Positions 14,322-25,755 of a DNA stretch of 64,000 nucleotides are shown piece after piece (the first letter of the stretch is position 1; each line of letters begins with the position of its first letter). The stretch lies in contig RDEW01000007.1 in assembly GCA_011109175.1 (NCBI GenBank), positions 1,432,434 through 1,496,433 on the forward strand. The letters run 5' to 3'. Source of the DNA: Dicyema japonicum. Its lineage: Eukaryota; Animalia; Dicyemida. A program made the position numbers and the translations under genes. The notes beneath the pieces are model-generated. The model was not told where the DNA came from, made no database searches, and saw only the letters and a list, made by a program, of their open reading frames with translations.

Positions 14322-15447
14322 TTAGAGATGAGGAATATTATCTATAACAGGCAAATCAGACGGGGGAGGGAGATCAGACATAGCAGTTGAGGTGGAGACC
14401 GATGGATTGTAAAAGTTGTAGCCTAAAAATTAAAACAAGTATTACCTCCCTCTGGCATCGAGTAGAAAAAGGTGACTGGAGGCAATGTAAGGTCCTCAAT
14501 GTTCAAAGTGGGCTCTGTTCTGACTATGGGTTGAATAAGGGAAGAAATAGGTTCAGGGAATTCGGGGACCTTCTCAGGTTCACTAGAAGGCTGCATGAGA
14601 GTATGCAGAGGTTCGGGTATGGGAACTGAAAGATAGCTCGATTTGAGGAGATCGAGGAGTTGCTTGTGGGACTGCTTTTGGTAGAATCTCTTGTATTTCT
14701 TCCTTGGGGATTCTATGGAGATAACCTGTACCTATATCACAGCCCAGAAGACTAAACTAAGACAAGAAGGTTACCTCTGACCACCCCAAGTCTGACTGGG
14801 AACAACGATGACATCCCTGCATTTTTTAGTATTGGAATTGTAGACATAGAGATTCACTGGTTTTCCGATGGATTCCTTCACAAGGTCAAAGAAATCGACA
14901 TTCTACAAATAAAAAACCCACAAACTTCAGAAATATGGTCATATCCAACAATGTAGTCACTATAGGGAACAAGTCCTGAGAGCTTGGCTGGTGAATTTGG
15001 AAAGTACATCCTTGAATTACTAAACAAATACAAGAATATGAAGAATTATGTCATTCGCAGTTGAAAATGAACAAAATCTGAAATAATTAGAATTTTAGAC
15101 AACCTAATATTTAACCCAAGGAGACCCTTTCCTCCCCAATTTCTGTTAGGAGTAACCTCGACTGTTCGAATATTGTCAGTCCTGCTATTGTAGACCGTCA
15201 CCAGAGCAGGTCTTCCCTCCTTTTCTTGCAGCATTCTCAAAAAGTGGTCATAAAAGTTTGTCTGCAATTATATTCGACAGAAATACCAATTCAACACCGT
15301 CAAAGGCTACAATAAAATCAAAGAAGGGTTCTATTCCAGCCTTAATGGCCGGGGAGTCCTTTTCAATCTACAAAGTCAGGATATCCTTACTCTAAGAATG
15401 TGATATCCTGAAGTATAAGAATGTTCTTTCCCAATAGAAGCACCCAT
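14322..15447 (-). CDS. GORASP: Golgi reassembly-stacking protein GRASP55/65 (apparent 1-nt frameshift near 15002)
   Basis: MGASIG (Gly2 myristoylation site) ...GYHILR|IEKDSPAIKAGIEPFFDFIV...TPNRNWGGKGLLGLNIR|FCSF...PNSPAKLSGLVPYSDYIVG, then a Pro/Ser-rich tail. Stop at 14322-14324. Confidence 0.92.
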
Positions 15448-15567
15448 CGTCAGCAAAAGTAAAATTATTAATTTAATTTAATATTAATATTAATTTAAAA
15501 ATTATTATAATCTTAATAATAATCAACCCGTTGAAAAATATTTTGTAATTTTGTCGACGTGTGCTTT
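15448..15567. promoter_or_regulatory. Putative bidirectional promoter, 120 nt
   Basis: AT-rich spacer between the divergent ATGs of GRASP (15447) and SRPRB (15568). Confidence 0.5.
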
Positions 15568-16340
15568 ATGAGTTCATTACTGATCTTTCTTAGTTTATTC
15601 TTACCTGTGCTTATACTCTATTTTCTTTGTAAGTAAATTAATAAATAAACTAAGGTCGATGGTTGTCTAAACAATCCAACAGAATTGATGTCCTTCTTTT
15701 AGGTTTGTCCGAGTCTGGGAAAACGGTGATTTTTTCTCGAGTTTGACTAAATAAATATAACTAGTTTGTCCATGGCACTAAACCGTACACTTGTACCAGC
15801 CAAATTGCTAACACAGGGTGGTACAATCAGCACAGCGAATCAGATTCTGATGGGAATGTTCCTCGAGTGAGGTTTGTTGATATCCCGGGATCTGAGCGTA
15901 CACGTTATCAATCTATCACGGAGTACTCCGAGACCACACTTGGAATTATCTTCACAATTGATTCCTCCACTTTTAAGGAAAATTACAAGGATGTCTCGGA
16001 GTATTTACTTTAATTATTAATTAGGTTCGTATATCGTTTGATTGATGAAAGACACGTGCCCTCAGGATGCAGAAGGATGTTGTTTCTATGCAACAAATTC
16101 AATCAAAATGAGAAGTGTGCCAGTATTGAGGAGATTCAGACTGAGATTATCAACGAAATGTATAAATATTGACTTAATATAAGAAACTTTATAAGTAAGG
16201 CCCGAAACGATCGGTACTCCAAAAAACCAGATAAATTGACTCTATCTTCGTTTTTGCCAGTAAACTACAAGTTTGAGGAGTTCTCAGTTGACCACCCCAA
16301 CAGTATTATCGATGATTGGGTGGAGTCTCTATCTAAATGA
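15568..16340 (+). CDS. SRPRB: Signal recognition particle receptor beta subunit
   Basis: N-terminal TM helix, then GLSESGKT, DIPGSERTR, IIFTIDSS and LCNKFN. Four introns (26, 24, 24, 24 nt) give a continuous frame to TGA at 16338-16340. Confidence 0.88.
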
Positions 16341-16479
16341 TGCTTACGTTATAAACATATTTCTGGTTTTCCATTATTTGGATGTTTAATATTATGTACC
16401 CAATGCACAGCACGTGCTTTGGGAAATTTAGTTAGAATCCCTTGGGATTACTGAATGTTCTCTTTATTTTCTATAGAAT

Positions 16480-19400
16480 AATTAATGACAACCATTGTGG
16501 GTTTGGTATTATATAATTATTACAGACGGATTAATCAACAATTGTCAATTCCTACATGCTTTTTTAATAGTGATCCCAGTTTATATTTGATTGGTTACAA
16601 GGGCACTCTACTGGAGTGAGGTCGAGTTTATACAAAATCGATAGGTGATCGCCACCAATATAGCGTAATCGATATTTCTATTAAATTATACACTATATAC
16701 TGAGAGTAAATGTCCTCATAGTTCTTTGTGGCAACAGACCACGAATCATTAAATGATTTACTAAGCATTTCGTCGATTAATCTAAATAAAACAATAAATC
16801 ATACAATTTGCCACTCAAATTTTTTACTTTCAAGAGGATAGTCTTCAGAGATGTTTGACCCACCCAAATCAGATCTCGGAAGATTGCTTTCTAAGAGCAA
16901 TATGTTGTCGATATTTTGTGGCTCACTCATATAATACTGTTCACCCAAGAGAAGACTTTGAGAACATTTTAGTGGACTGAGGTTCATCATAGTTAGATCC
17001 CTCGACAGCACATTCAGAGTGGTCTCTCACATCACTCAGTTTTTCCCATTTAAGCCATCTATCTCGGAAGATTCTGTTTTGACAGACAAAATTGTGTCAT
17101 CTTCGAAATTTCCCGAATCAAACCTAAACTCAGGGTACCACTCTCTTATGTTGGCTTCCAGACAGAATTCTTCCATTCAAGCGAATTTAAAGTTTGCAGC
17201 AGCTGTTCTTTCTCAGCCAATAAAACAGTCAAGGTTTGCCCACGTGACCCTATTTTCTTCTTCCAACTCCAATGTACGCTCACTGAAGGCAATTTTGTCC
17301 CTTTCAACACATTTCAGTGATTGTAGTTAAACATATCCCTTTCTCTCTTCTCAACATGCACATTTCTCAGGTAATCCTCATAATTTTCTTTGATCTTAGT
17401 TAAATTTGCCGACAATGAAGGTGTTGTGGTGGCTAAGAAAATCGCTGGGTTCAATTAAATTATCAATTTTGACTCTTAAAGTACTGTAACTCGACTCAAT
17501 TTCAGTTTTCAGCATCAAAATTCTATCAGTAAGAATATTTTTGACTTTTTTAGACTCCTCCTAGTAAATTTCTCTTTGATACCCTCCAATTCATTTAATG
17601 AACTAATATATTCCTCGTTGAGTTGATTCTTGTTTGCATTCAATAATGAATTCTGATGTTACCAAATTATTATTTTTTATTTAAAGCACTCCCGAGAAGT
17701 CATAAAATTAATCAAGCCTCCCTTGTGCCGTATTTCTAGCCATCCTCTTTATCAGCCTTTTCCAGGACCCTCTACTTCGTGCCAGTTCCCTTAAGGTATC
17801 TAGGTCGTCTGCGGAAGTGAGCTTCAGTCCCACAGCCGACAGGTCTCCATTCAAAATAGTTGGGAGTGTGACTCTTGGTCTTCCACGGAAACCGGCTCCC
17901 GTATGCATTAGGTAGTTTTCCATGGCGATATTCGCGGGTACTTGAGCATTTAGACGTAAGATATGTCCAAAGAGACTCCATCTTGATCTGAAGATCTCCT
18001 CGGATAGTATACCAGATTTGCACTTCGAGTAGAGGTCATTGTTTGAGATCTTCTTAGGCCACTTGATCTTGATTACTGATTTCAATTGTGTCCTGTGGAA
18101 AGCGTCAAGACGGTCCATCTCTTGTTTAGAGATTCCCCAAGTGCCTGAATTGTAGGTCAGGACGGGGATGACAAAAGCCTTATATATTCTGAGTTTGGTG
18201 TTTAATCCCATCCTCTTCTTATGACCCCACATATTCGATACTTTCTTTAGTGCACACATTGCGAGGATTTTCCTCCGAGAAACATCTTCTGAGTCCCCGA
18301 GAAGCGAACCCACCTTCTTTTGCTTTCTCCAAGACTCGTCCGATCTTCGATCATTGCGTGTAAGTGTTGTGAACTCTGTTTTATCGGTGTTAACGGTTAA
18401 GAACCATTTCGAGAATACGTGTGGAAGAACGTTAAGCATGTGTTGAAGTACTTGAATATCCTCAGAAACAAAGTCCAGGTCGTCCGCGTAGATTATCTCG
18501 TTATAATTGTTGCCAACCAGGGGTCTGAACTCTCTTAGTGCGGCCTCAAGGTAGACAATAAAGAGGACCGGGGATAGTGAGTCCCCCTGTGGAACTCCAC
18601 GTGAGGTCGAAAAAAAGTTAGAGGTAGAGTCACCAATTTTGACGGCAAGTTGAGTGTTCCGCATGAGTAAGTGTATTATTTTGACATCGTCAGGCAGTAG
18701 AAAACTCTCCAACACTTCCATAAGTTTTCCACGGTCCACCGAGTCGAACGCACGGGACATGTCGATACCAAGTATCTCAATAGATTTTTTGTATTTTTGG
18801 CACAGGGCACAATACCACCTGTGCCCCCATACCACGTCAGCCGTGGACCTGCCCGTCCGGAATCCACTTTGGCCGTCCGAAAGAAATATGTTCACCCTCT
18901 CCTTTATTCGGTTTAAAGCAATGAGGGATAATGTTTTTCGTATGGAGGTTAGGAGTATAATAGGTCTGAAGTTGTGAGGGGGGCCTTTACTTTTTCCCGG
19001 TTTTTGTAGTGGAATTAGCCACCCTTTTCCCAGTTCCAGTTCATCTGCACCCTCGAGAGACCGGTTGAAAATGTTAGTAATCATTTCAATTAGCTCCTCC
19101 GGGCCGTATTGTAAAAGTTCTGCAGTAATGAAGTCTGGTCCGGCAGATCTTCCGGTATTTAATTTTTTAATAGCTTGTTGAGTTTCGGATATGGTAATAG
19201 GGCTAGTTAGAGTGTACTTGTAAGACTTCCGAGATTTCATTGCTTGGTCAGCCGCGTCCTGTTTGTTGAACATAAGGTCAAAATGGGATGCCAGAACGTT
19301 TGCTTTGTTAATGGTCCCGATAACGTCGTGACCAAGGTTGTCATGGACAGTTAACGAAATTGGACAGTTTTCTCTGCTAAGAAGCCGGATTGCTTTGAAC

Positions 19401-21460
19401 ATTCTTGGTCCGTTCTTGTACTTTAATATGTCTGAGATTTTCTCCTCAGCTTCATTTTTGGCAAGGAATCTTTGTATTTGTTTGATCTTCGTTAAGACTC
19501 TCCCTCTCTGGGTGCGCAGTACTTTGATATCTTCCGGAGCGTTTGTGTTTTCCATCCGGAGTCTGAGCTCTTTCTGTGTTACAGAGAGTTGTCCGATATC
19601 CGGATTACATTGTTTGTGACGAGATTTGGTGATGTGACCAAGCACACTAAAGGCTGTGTTTTGGATAGCAACCACTATTTCATCCCATAAGCTGTTTGTC
19701 GGCTGATTTTGGTTAATACTGTTGATGCTATCTCTCAGAACTGCACTATAACGACATTTGGTGGATTCTTCGTAGCGTAACCTCTCAGTGTCGAAACGTA
19801 CTGAGGTAAGGCCTTTGTGTTTCCCGTGTATTCCATGGATTCTTTTAAGTACTAGCCGGGCGACCACAAGTTTATGATCGCTACTTGTTTCAAGTCCACC
19901 GTAAGATCTCGAGTCCTGTAGGAGGGCCTTCTGATGTTGCTTGCAGATAATATAGTCGATCTGATTGTATATATTGACTGTGTTTCCAGATTTGCCTTTT
20001 CTGGTACCAACCCACGTGGTCCTGTGTCTTGCCGGGTGCTTGAAACAAGTGTTGCATATGAGTAGGTTGAATGCCGTGCAAAATTGTATTAATGCCTCTC
20101 CGGGGATGTTACGGCGGTTTCTACCGTGGGATCCAATACACGTTTCACCAGGTCTTGCTTTTCCGGCCCTGGCGTTCCAGTCCCCGGCGATAAAAAGAAA
20201 GTAAGAGGATGAAAGTGAGTTGTACACACTTGTGAGAGTAGAGTAAAACGTATCCAGTTCTTCGATATTCGTTGATACACGTGCTCCGGTTGGGGCATAT
20301 ACATTTATGATGGAGATCACTGAGTTGAGTTTGTTTCCGCATTTGATTTGTAACACCGCGACACGGTCAGATACTGCCCATACTCTTGAGACACAGTGAA
20401 ACAAGTGCCGATGAACAGCAAATCCGAGCCCATAGTGCCTGCAGTCTGGTGTGAGGGTCAAAAGGTAAAAATTCTGAAACAGTTCTGCAGATTGTTCGGT
20501 TATTTTCGTCTCTTGCAGACAACAGACAGAGATGTTGTATTTACTCAGATCACGCGCCAATTGTTGTTTCTTGTAGCACTGATTGAGGCCTCGGCAGTTG
20601 AGGGATCCAAGAGTGAGGGGAGAGAAACTGGTAAGCATACGAAGAAGACATTACCAAATTAACTTACTAATTTATCCTATTCAGTCCCAAGAGACTTAGA
20701 GTTATATCATCCAGTTTTTACAGCCTTTTTCATTTGATTTATTCTCATTCTCGATAACAAATAAGCGTTCTTTGAGAGAACTGCTGTTGGTCACATCTCA
20801 ACTGCTTGTAGTTCAGTTTCAATATATCCACTTCTTAGAAATTTTTAAATATTTTCTTTCGATTCTCATCCACGTTTTTTTCAACTTTAAAGTCCAGAGA
20901 ATCAAATTCTCAAATTCATGGGATATTAAGGTTTCGGACTCTTAGTATATGGTAAATAACCATATCCACAATCTATGAAGCCTTCTCTTTAAGGATTAGG
21001 CGTCCATCAAATCGAATACTTTTTCCACATAAATATCACCAATTCCATGTCCGCAACCATGCCTTCCACCAGATTGGGAATATTGGCAGTATTCCTTTTG
21101 TTCATGTACTTGGAAACATTTTTGTGTTGTCAGAGGTTCTGTTAGTTTTCTTAAATTTGCACGTGAGAACTCTGTCTGGTTGGAAAGATTTGTCGAATGG
21201 AAATCTCGAGCATTTATTCAAGTCGGAGACAATAACTAAGCACATATATACAAATAGTGGAGCATATGTCGTTTACATAAGACCACCCATAATAATCGGA
21301 AGTTTATATTGGCCAACCAACCTGTTGATTAGGATATTTTTGGAAACGATGAATGTCAGCATGCCTGAAAGCAAAGAACATTGAAGTTGTATGTGAGCTT
21401 AATTATATGAATATATTTGTTTAGAACATTTGTAATGAGTAACTTGTCTCTCAGACATGA
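16480..21460 (-). CDS. Unidentified multi-exon, coiled-coil-rich gene interrupted by the intact LINE; structure unresolved
   Basis: E/K/L-rich open stretches separated by short GT...AG segments on both sides of the LINE. I could not build one continuous frame. Confidence 0.3.
17670..20650 (-). mobile_element. RTE/RTEX-like LINE with an intact 976-aa APE+RT ORF (17708-20638)
   Basis: APE motifs (GSLNCRG, LQETK, GDWNA, NQIDYI, SDH) and RT motifs (GVPQGDSLSPVLF, YADDL), plus C-terminal RWSLFGHILR...GRPR. The 11-bp TSD TTACCAAATTA is at 17659-17669 and 20651-20661, with a short (TAA)/A tail. Confidence 0.95.
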
Positions 21461-21645
21461 AATCAATAGCATCATCAAAGGAACACAAAGAAAGGTCAAA
21501 TTCTAAATATAGGTCAGTCAGCAATTTTGATGATAAGAGATTCTTTTATCACAATCAAAAGTTTATATCCCACACGCTTCCTAAGACACCAATTTTCTCA
21601 ATTGGGATTGAAAGATTAGATTGTTTATTAACACGTTTCCGTAAT

Positions 21646-21853
21646 AATAACAGCCTTTTTTACGAAGCCGTGGTATTAGCTCCGCATAGGCAGGACACAC
21701 ACTTTATTTAAGTAAAGAACAGTTAATTTTAACTAATCGTAGAACCAAGGAATAATCTTCACTTCTATTTTCTTTTTCTTGTGTGTGGGTCCTCTCTAGA
21801 CAATCCAGTTCTCCAGTGAGAGTCCACTGATGACGGCGTCACTCGTCAAGCCT
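21646..21853 (-). mobile_element. 5'-truncated SINE copy
   Basis: About 210 bp closely matching 34219-34425, flanked by the 13-bp TSD ACGTTTCCGTAAT (21633-21645 and 21854-21866). Confidence 0.85.
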
Positions 21854-21918
21854 ACGTTTCCGTAATGTAATATTAATAAAATGTAAAATGCGGTGATTTG
21901 ATAATAAATTAGGTCAGC

Positions 21919-23060
21919 ATGTCATTTAGTAGTATCAGTAACTATGATCTTAAAAACAAAAATGTAAAGAACATGAAATTCGTAGATTGTCTTGATCTTT
22001 TTAATATTTCTTAGGGCGACTGCTTAGAGATAAGCTAAAGAAGCATGTTTTGTCAGAAAACCATAAAATGGTAGTAGGTTATCCATTTTTTTCGTACAAA
22101 TAAATCTGACACTGTGATGTTCATGGAATTCAAATATTGTCCAAAAAGTATTTTTTAGGTAATATCAGTTAAAAGCACTGACGGAGTGGAAGTTTGCATT
22201 CGTTGTAAGTCCAACTTTATTCCCGAGAATGATTATTCGACTGAGCCACAAAGATGTCAATGTTACTATCATCCATCCAAATTCAACATGAGTAGATATC
22301 CAAGGTACACGTGTTGCAACTCAAATTTAAAATTCGAGATACCCTGTCTTCTGCATTAGTTTGATTTTTATATATTTAGTACCACGTGCATGAGGGTACG
22401 GAGACAACTGGTTATGTGAAGTCACTTGAGTGCTGCGGGGGAAATTGTGAATGTGGAATTTATGGAATTGACTGCGAAATGATTTACACAACAAAGGGAA
22501 AAGAGTTAGCGAGGATGTCTGTGGTAGACCACAACTCCCAGTTAATCTATGACTCGTATGTGCTTCCCGTAGGAAAAATAATAGACTACAATACAAGGTT
22601 TCCTTGTTGCTCTATTGTCAGATTCAGTGGAATCACACAAGAGCATTTGAAAGAAACAAAGACAACGTTCAAGGATGCTCAGAATGTGATTTTGAATCTT
22701 CTTTGTAGTAACTCCATCTTAGTGGGACACAGTTTGTATAATGATCTTGTCTCTCTTAAAGTTGGTTCTTTTGTAAGTTTAGCTCGTCCATAAAACCGTG
22801 GTGGACACCTGTGTTCTATTTCCACACAGATTGGGACCTTCTTATAGAAATTCCCTAAAGTACTTGGCTCTTAAATACATAAATAAGGAGATACAGAATG
22901 GTTGTTTGGTTGTATTACATCAGATAGTAGAGGACATGACAGTTTTGAAGATGCATGCACTTGTATTGATTTGGTCAGGCATAAAGTTGGCCTTTAGTTA
23001 CGATTTTATTTTTTGGTCTATTTTTTTCAGATAACAAAACTTGTCTCTTTTACATATTAA
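21919..23060 (+). CDS. REXO1: RNA exonuclease 1-like DEDDh exonuclease (boundaries approximate)
   Basis: GIDCEMIYT, DYNTR|FSGIT, LVGHSLYNDL, VVDTCVLFPH and GHDSFEDA, with all DEDDh residues present. An upstream Cys/His-rich region is typical of REXO1. Confidence 0.8.
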
Positions 23061-23700
23061 ACAACAAGGAACTTTCATTTCGTGACACTCCCAGTTTCAA
23101 TAAGTTCTCTTTATACCTACAAAGCAGACAATGCCTGGTTAGCATTAAAAAGGATTTTTTTCTACTTAACTGGATGAGTTCCTATGGACTTGTTGCTCGG
23201 AAATGACACGCTTATTCCTGGATATACCACCATTATGTCACAAATACATTCACTTTTTCAGAAAATACTAATAGGAGATATACATTTCAACAAAAAGCTA
23301 TCTAGGTGGAAGATTTGAACAAGTTATATGAAACAAAAGACACGTTTCATGCCCAAGGTTCCCCACTTTCTCTATTACTCTTCAACCTGTAAATGGAAAA
23401 CTACTTCTTGCTCCGATGATTCCATTAACCCTGGTGCCGAGCATCCACTGTAGGCATAGAAAAATGCTGGACGTGGTTTTCCAAATTAGAGTATCTAAGC
23501 AAACTCCTTAAAAAGCATATTTACTATATGTAAGGGTTTATCAGGCTAATAATAATTTATTCAGATGTACTGTGATTTCTTGTAATAGTTTTCCACATTT
23601 CCTTGTCTCTAAGAACTTTTACTTTACAATAAATATTCCTAAGGGAATCTACAGTTCCTCTATAAATCCTTCTCAGATAATGAGTAGATCATTAAAGAAG
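23060..23700 (+). mobile_element. Highly degraded R4-like LINE RT fragment
   Basis: Patchy similarity to the 31136-33303 and 39390-41560 elements. Confidence 0.35.
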
Positions 23701-24399
23701 GCCCCCGATTAGACCTCAGCTGAGGAAATTTCTCTCTTAACCTAGTGATCCTGGGATAATAATATTATTATGATAACCCAATGAGGATCAGTACTTTGAA
23801 GCAAAATAGGTGGATTGTTATCCTACTGATGATCTGTTCTTTTATTCAGTTAGAGAAGTTAAAATTGTTACTAATATATTTTATTGTATACAAAAACTAA
23901 AAGTTTTGCTCACGAAATTGACTCGATTTATTGTGGGTGATATTTTTCAAGTCTTGAGTTGATTTGGGAATGTTTTCTTTGAATTCTTCCATATTTTGAT
24001 AAGAATGGGGATGAGTAAGGTGATCCCCATAATTTTCATAATAATCAATGAAGGACTCATTCTGCGGTTGGATGTAAGAAATGTAGGGTTCTTGGGTCCT
24101 CCTCCCATAATAATTATGTCCCATGAAGTTGTCCGACCTATTTGAATTGAGTGATGTACCAGATATTTTCCTGAGAATATATGTTTGTGCTATTTCCATT
24201 TTCTTGATAATAGTAGTAATCACGATAGTAGCGTGGACATGTCGTCATTCTAGGAAATGTCTTTCTGGTGTCTTGATATCCTCTGAGACACATATTATGA
24301 CTGAATAAAATAATTTTATACTTTTGTTGTAAATTATATTGACCACCAATGTCGTCAATGTTTTCACATAATTTATTGACTGGTTTATGCCTAAAGTTA

Positions 24400-24900
24400 T
24401 TAACAAGTCCACCCCTTTCTTTCGTGGATTCGCTTCCTTTGACGTTTATTTTTGAACCAATTTGATACCTGCGATTCCGTCATTCCCAAATTTAAAGCAA
24501 TCTCCTCTTTTTCTTCAGTCGTAGCAAATTCATTTTTGGAAAAAAATACTTCCAAATACTCACGTGTCTTCTGAGGTAAATTGTACATTAGCCTCTCCCC
24601 ATTCCAAATAGACATTGGCGGGGGATATTTCTTCCTAATGCGAAATTTGGCGACTGCTTTAATCTCTTTGCCCTTTTCTTCAAACTCCAAATAGTAGCTC
24701 TCATACCATAGTTTTTGTAGTTTTGGCCACATGTGCACTGGGAAAGAATTTTGACCCAAATAGTTTCTTAATTCAGTATATTTTCCCTGACGCATAAAGT
24801 TATCGAGTAAATCGTAGTGTGAGCTCTCCAGAGAGTTTCCGTAAAAATACTGTGCACATATTCCACAATCGTAGTAATCGTAATTATGTGGACATATCAT
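24400..24900 (-). CDS. Divergent SIX/sine oculis-class homeobox protein, 166 aa, intronless
   Basis: C-terminal half of the SIX domain (LQKLWYESYY...KFRIRKKYPPPMSIWNGE), followed by a homeodomain with QVSNWFKNKRQR (Lys50). Confidence 0.85.
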   Translation of the reverse strand: MICPHNYDYYDCGICAQYFYGNSLESSHYDLLDNFMRQGKYTELRNYLGQNSFPVHMWPKLQKLWYESYYLEFEEKGKEIKAVAKFRIRKKYPPPMSIWNGERLMYNLPQKTREYLEVFFSKNEFATTEEKEEIALNLGMTESQVSNWFKNKRQRKRIHERKGWTC

Positions 24901-25469
24901 ATTTACACGAAATTAAATTTTCGCATATTTATATCAAAATATACGTCATACCGAAACGTCACTTATAATCCACCGTCTACGTCTTTATTTATGAGAAATT
25001 AAAGATTATTGTATTTCTCAGCTTATCTCAATTATTAAGACTGACATGGTAAAATTATTAACTTAATTCCGTCATTAACTGACGTGAACTCTAAGCCTAC
25101 TAACGAAAAGACGGTCATTTTCAAAAATTAGTTTTGGGGACTGAAATGTAACCAAATGTAACATAAACTTAATTCAATATGATAAATTACCGCATTCTGT
25201 TTATATTTAAGTTTAATGTGCTGGATGAAGATATTTCGTAATTTAATCTCCCCCACAAAATTTAAGTCTACCATGAAGGGAAAGTGAATTATTAGTTATC
25301 AACTCCAGAAAATTCTCAGTGAACTTCCATGGCTCTAAAAATAGGTTTCCTCGCTCGTGTCACACCCAAGAATACATTAAACATCTTTCCACGTTGAAAT
25401 TGTCTAGTTCTTCACGCAAATACTTTTTATCAGCAATGAAGGGAAAAATAAATTTGAAGCAATGTAAGG

Positions 25470-25636
25470 GACAACTGGAGGAATAAGAGGAAAATCGCTT
25501 CGCTTCCTAAAGAAACTTGGACGCTTAGCTACACTAAAAAGCCACGACGCACGTGAGACCCGGTGGCTACTCCAGTTGATCTCTGTTGCAATCGTGAGAG
25601 GCAACGCAACGTCGATAATGTCGGCGGGGTCCACTT
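25470..25636 (+). mobile_element. 3'-terminal stub of a CRE-like LINE
   Basis: Near-identical to 4216-4380 (...GTTGATCTCTGTTGCAATCGTGAGAGGCAACGCAACG...). Confidence 0.85.
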
Positions 25637-25755
25637 TGGATGGATGGCAGTTTTAAATATGATTTACTGGGACAACTTATAGTAGATTTTCAGGACCATT
25701 CAATCTTTGTTAAACACAAATCATTTAATTTAAAAATATAATAAATTCTGTTTCC

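Noticed and set aside
17772-20662. Short ORFs overlapping the 976-aa LINE ORF in other frames or antisense
   Set aside because: They are shadow ORFs of a less AT-rich coding region, with no motifs.
21826-21853. Hammerhead ribozyme suggested by CTGATGA in the SINE core
   Set aside because: No GAAA after a stem II, and the motif is on the antisense strand of the SINE.
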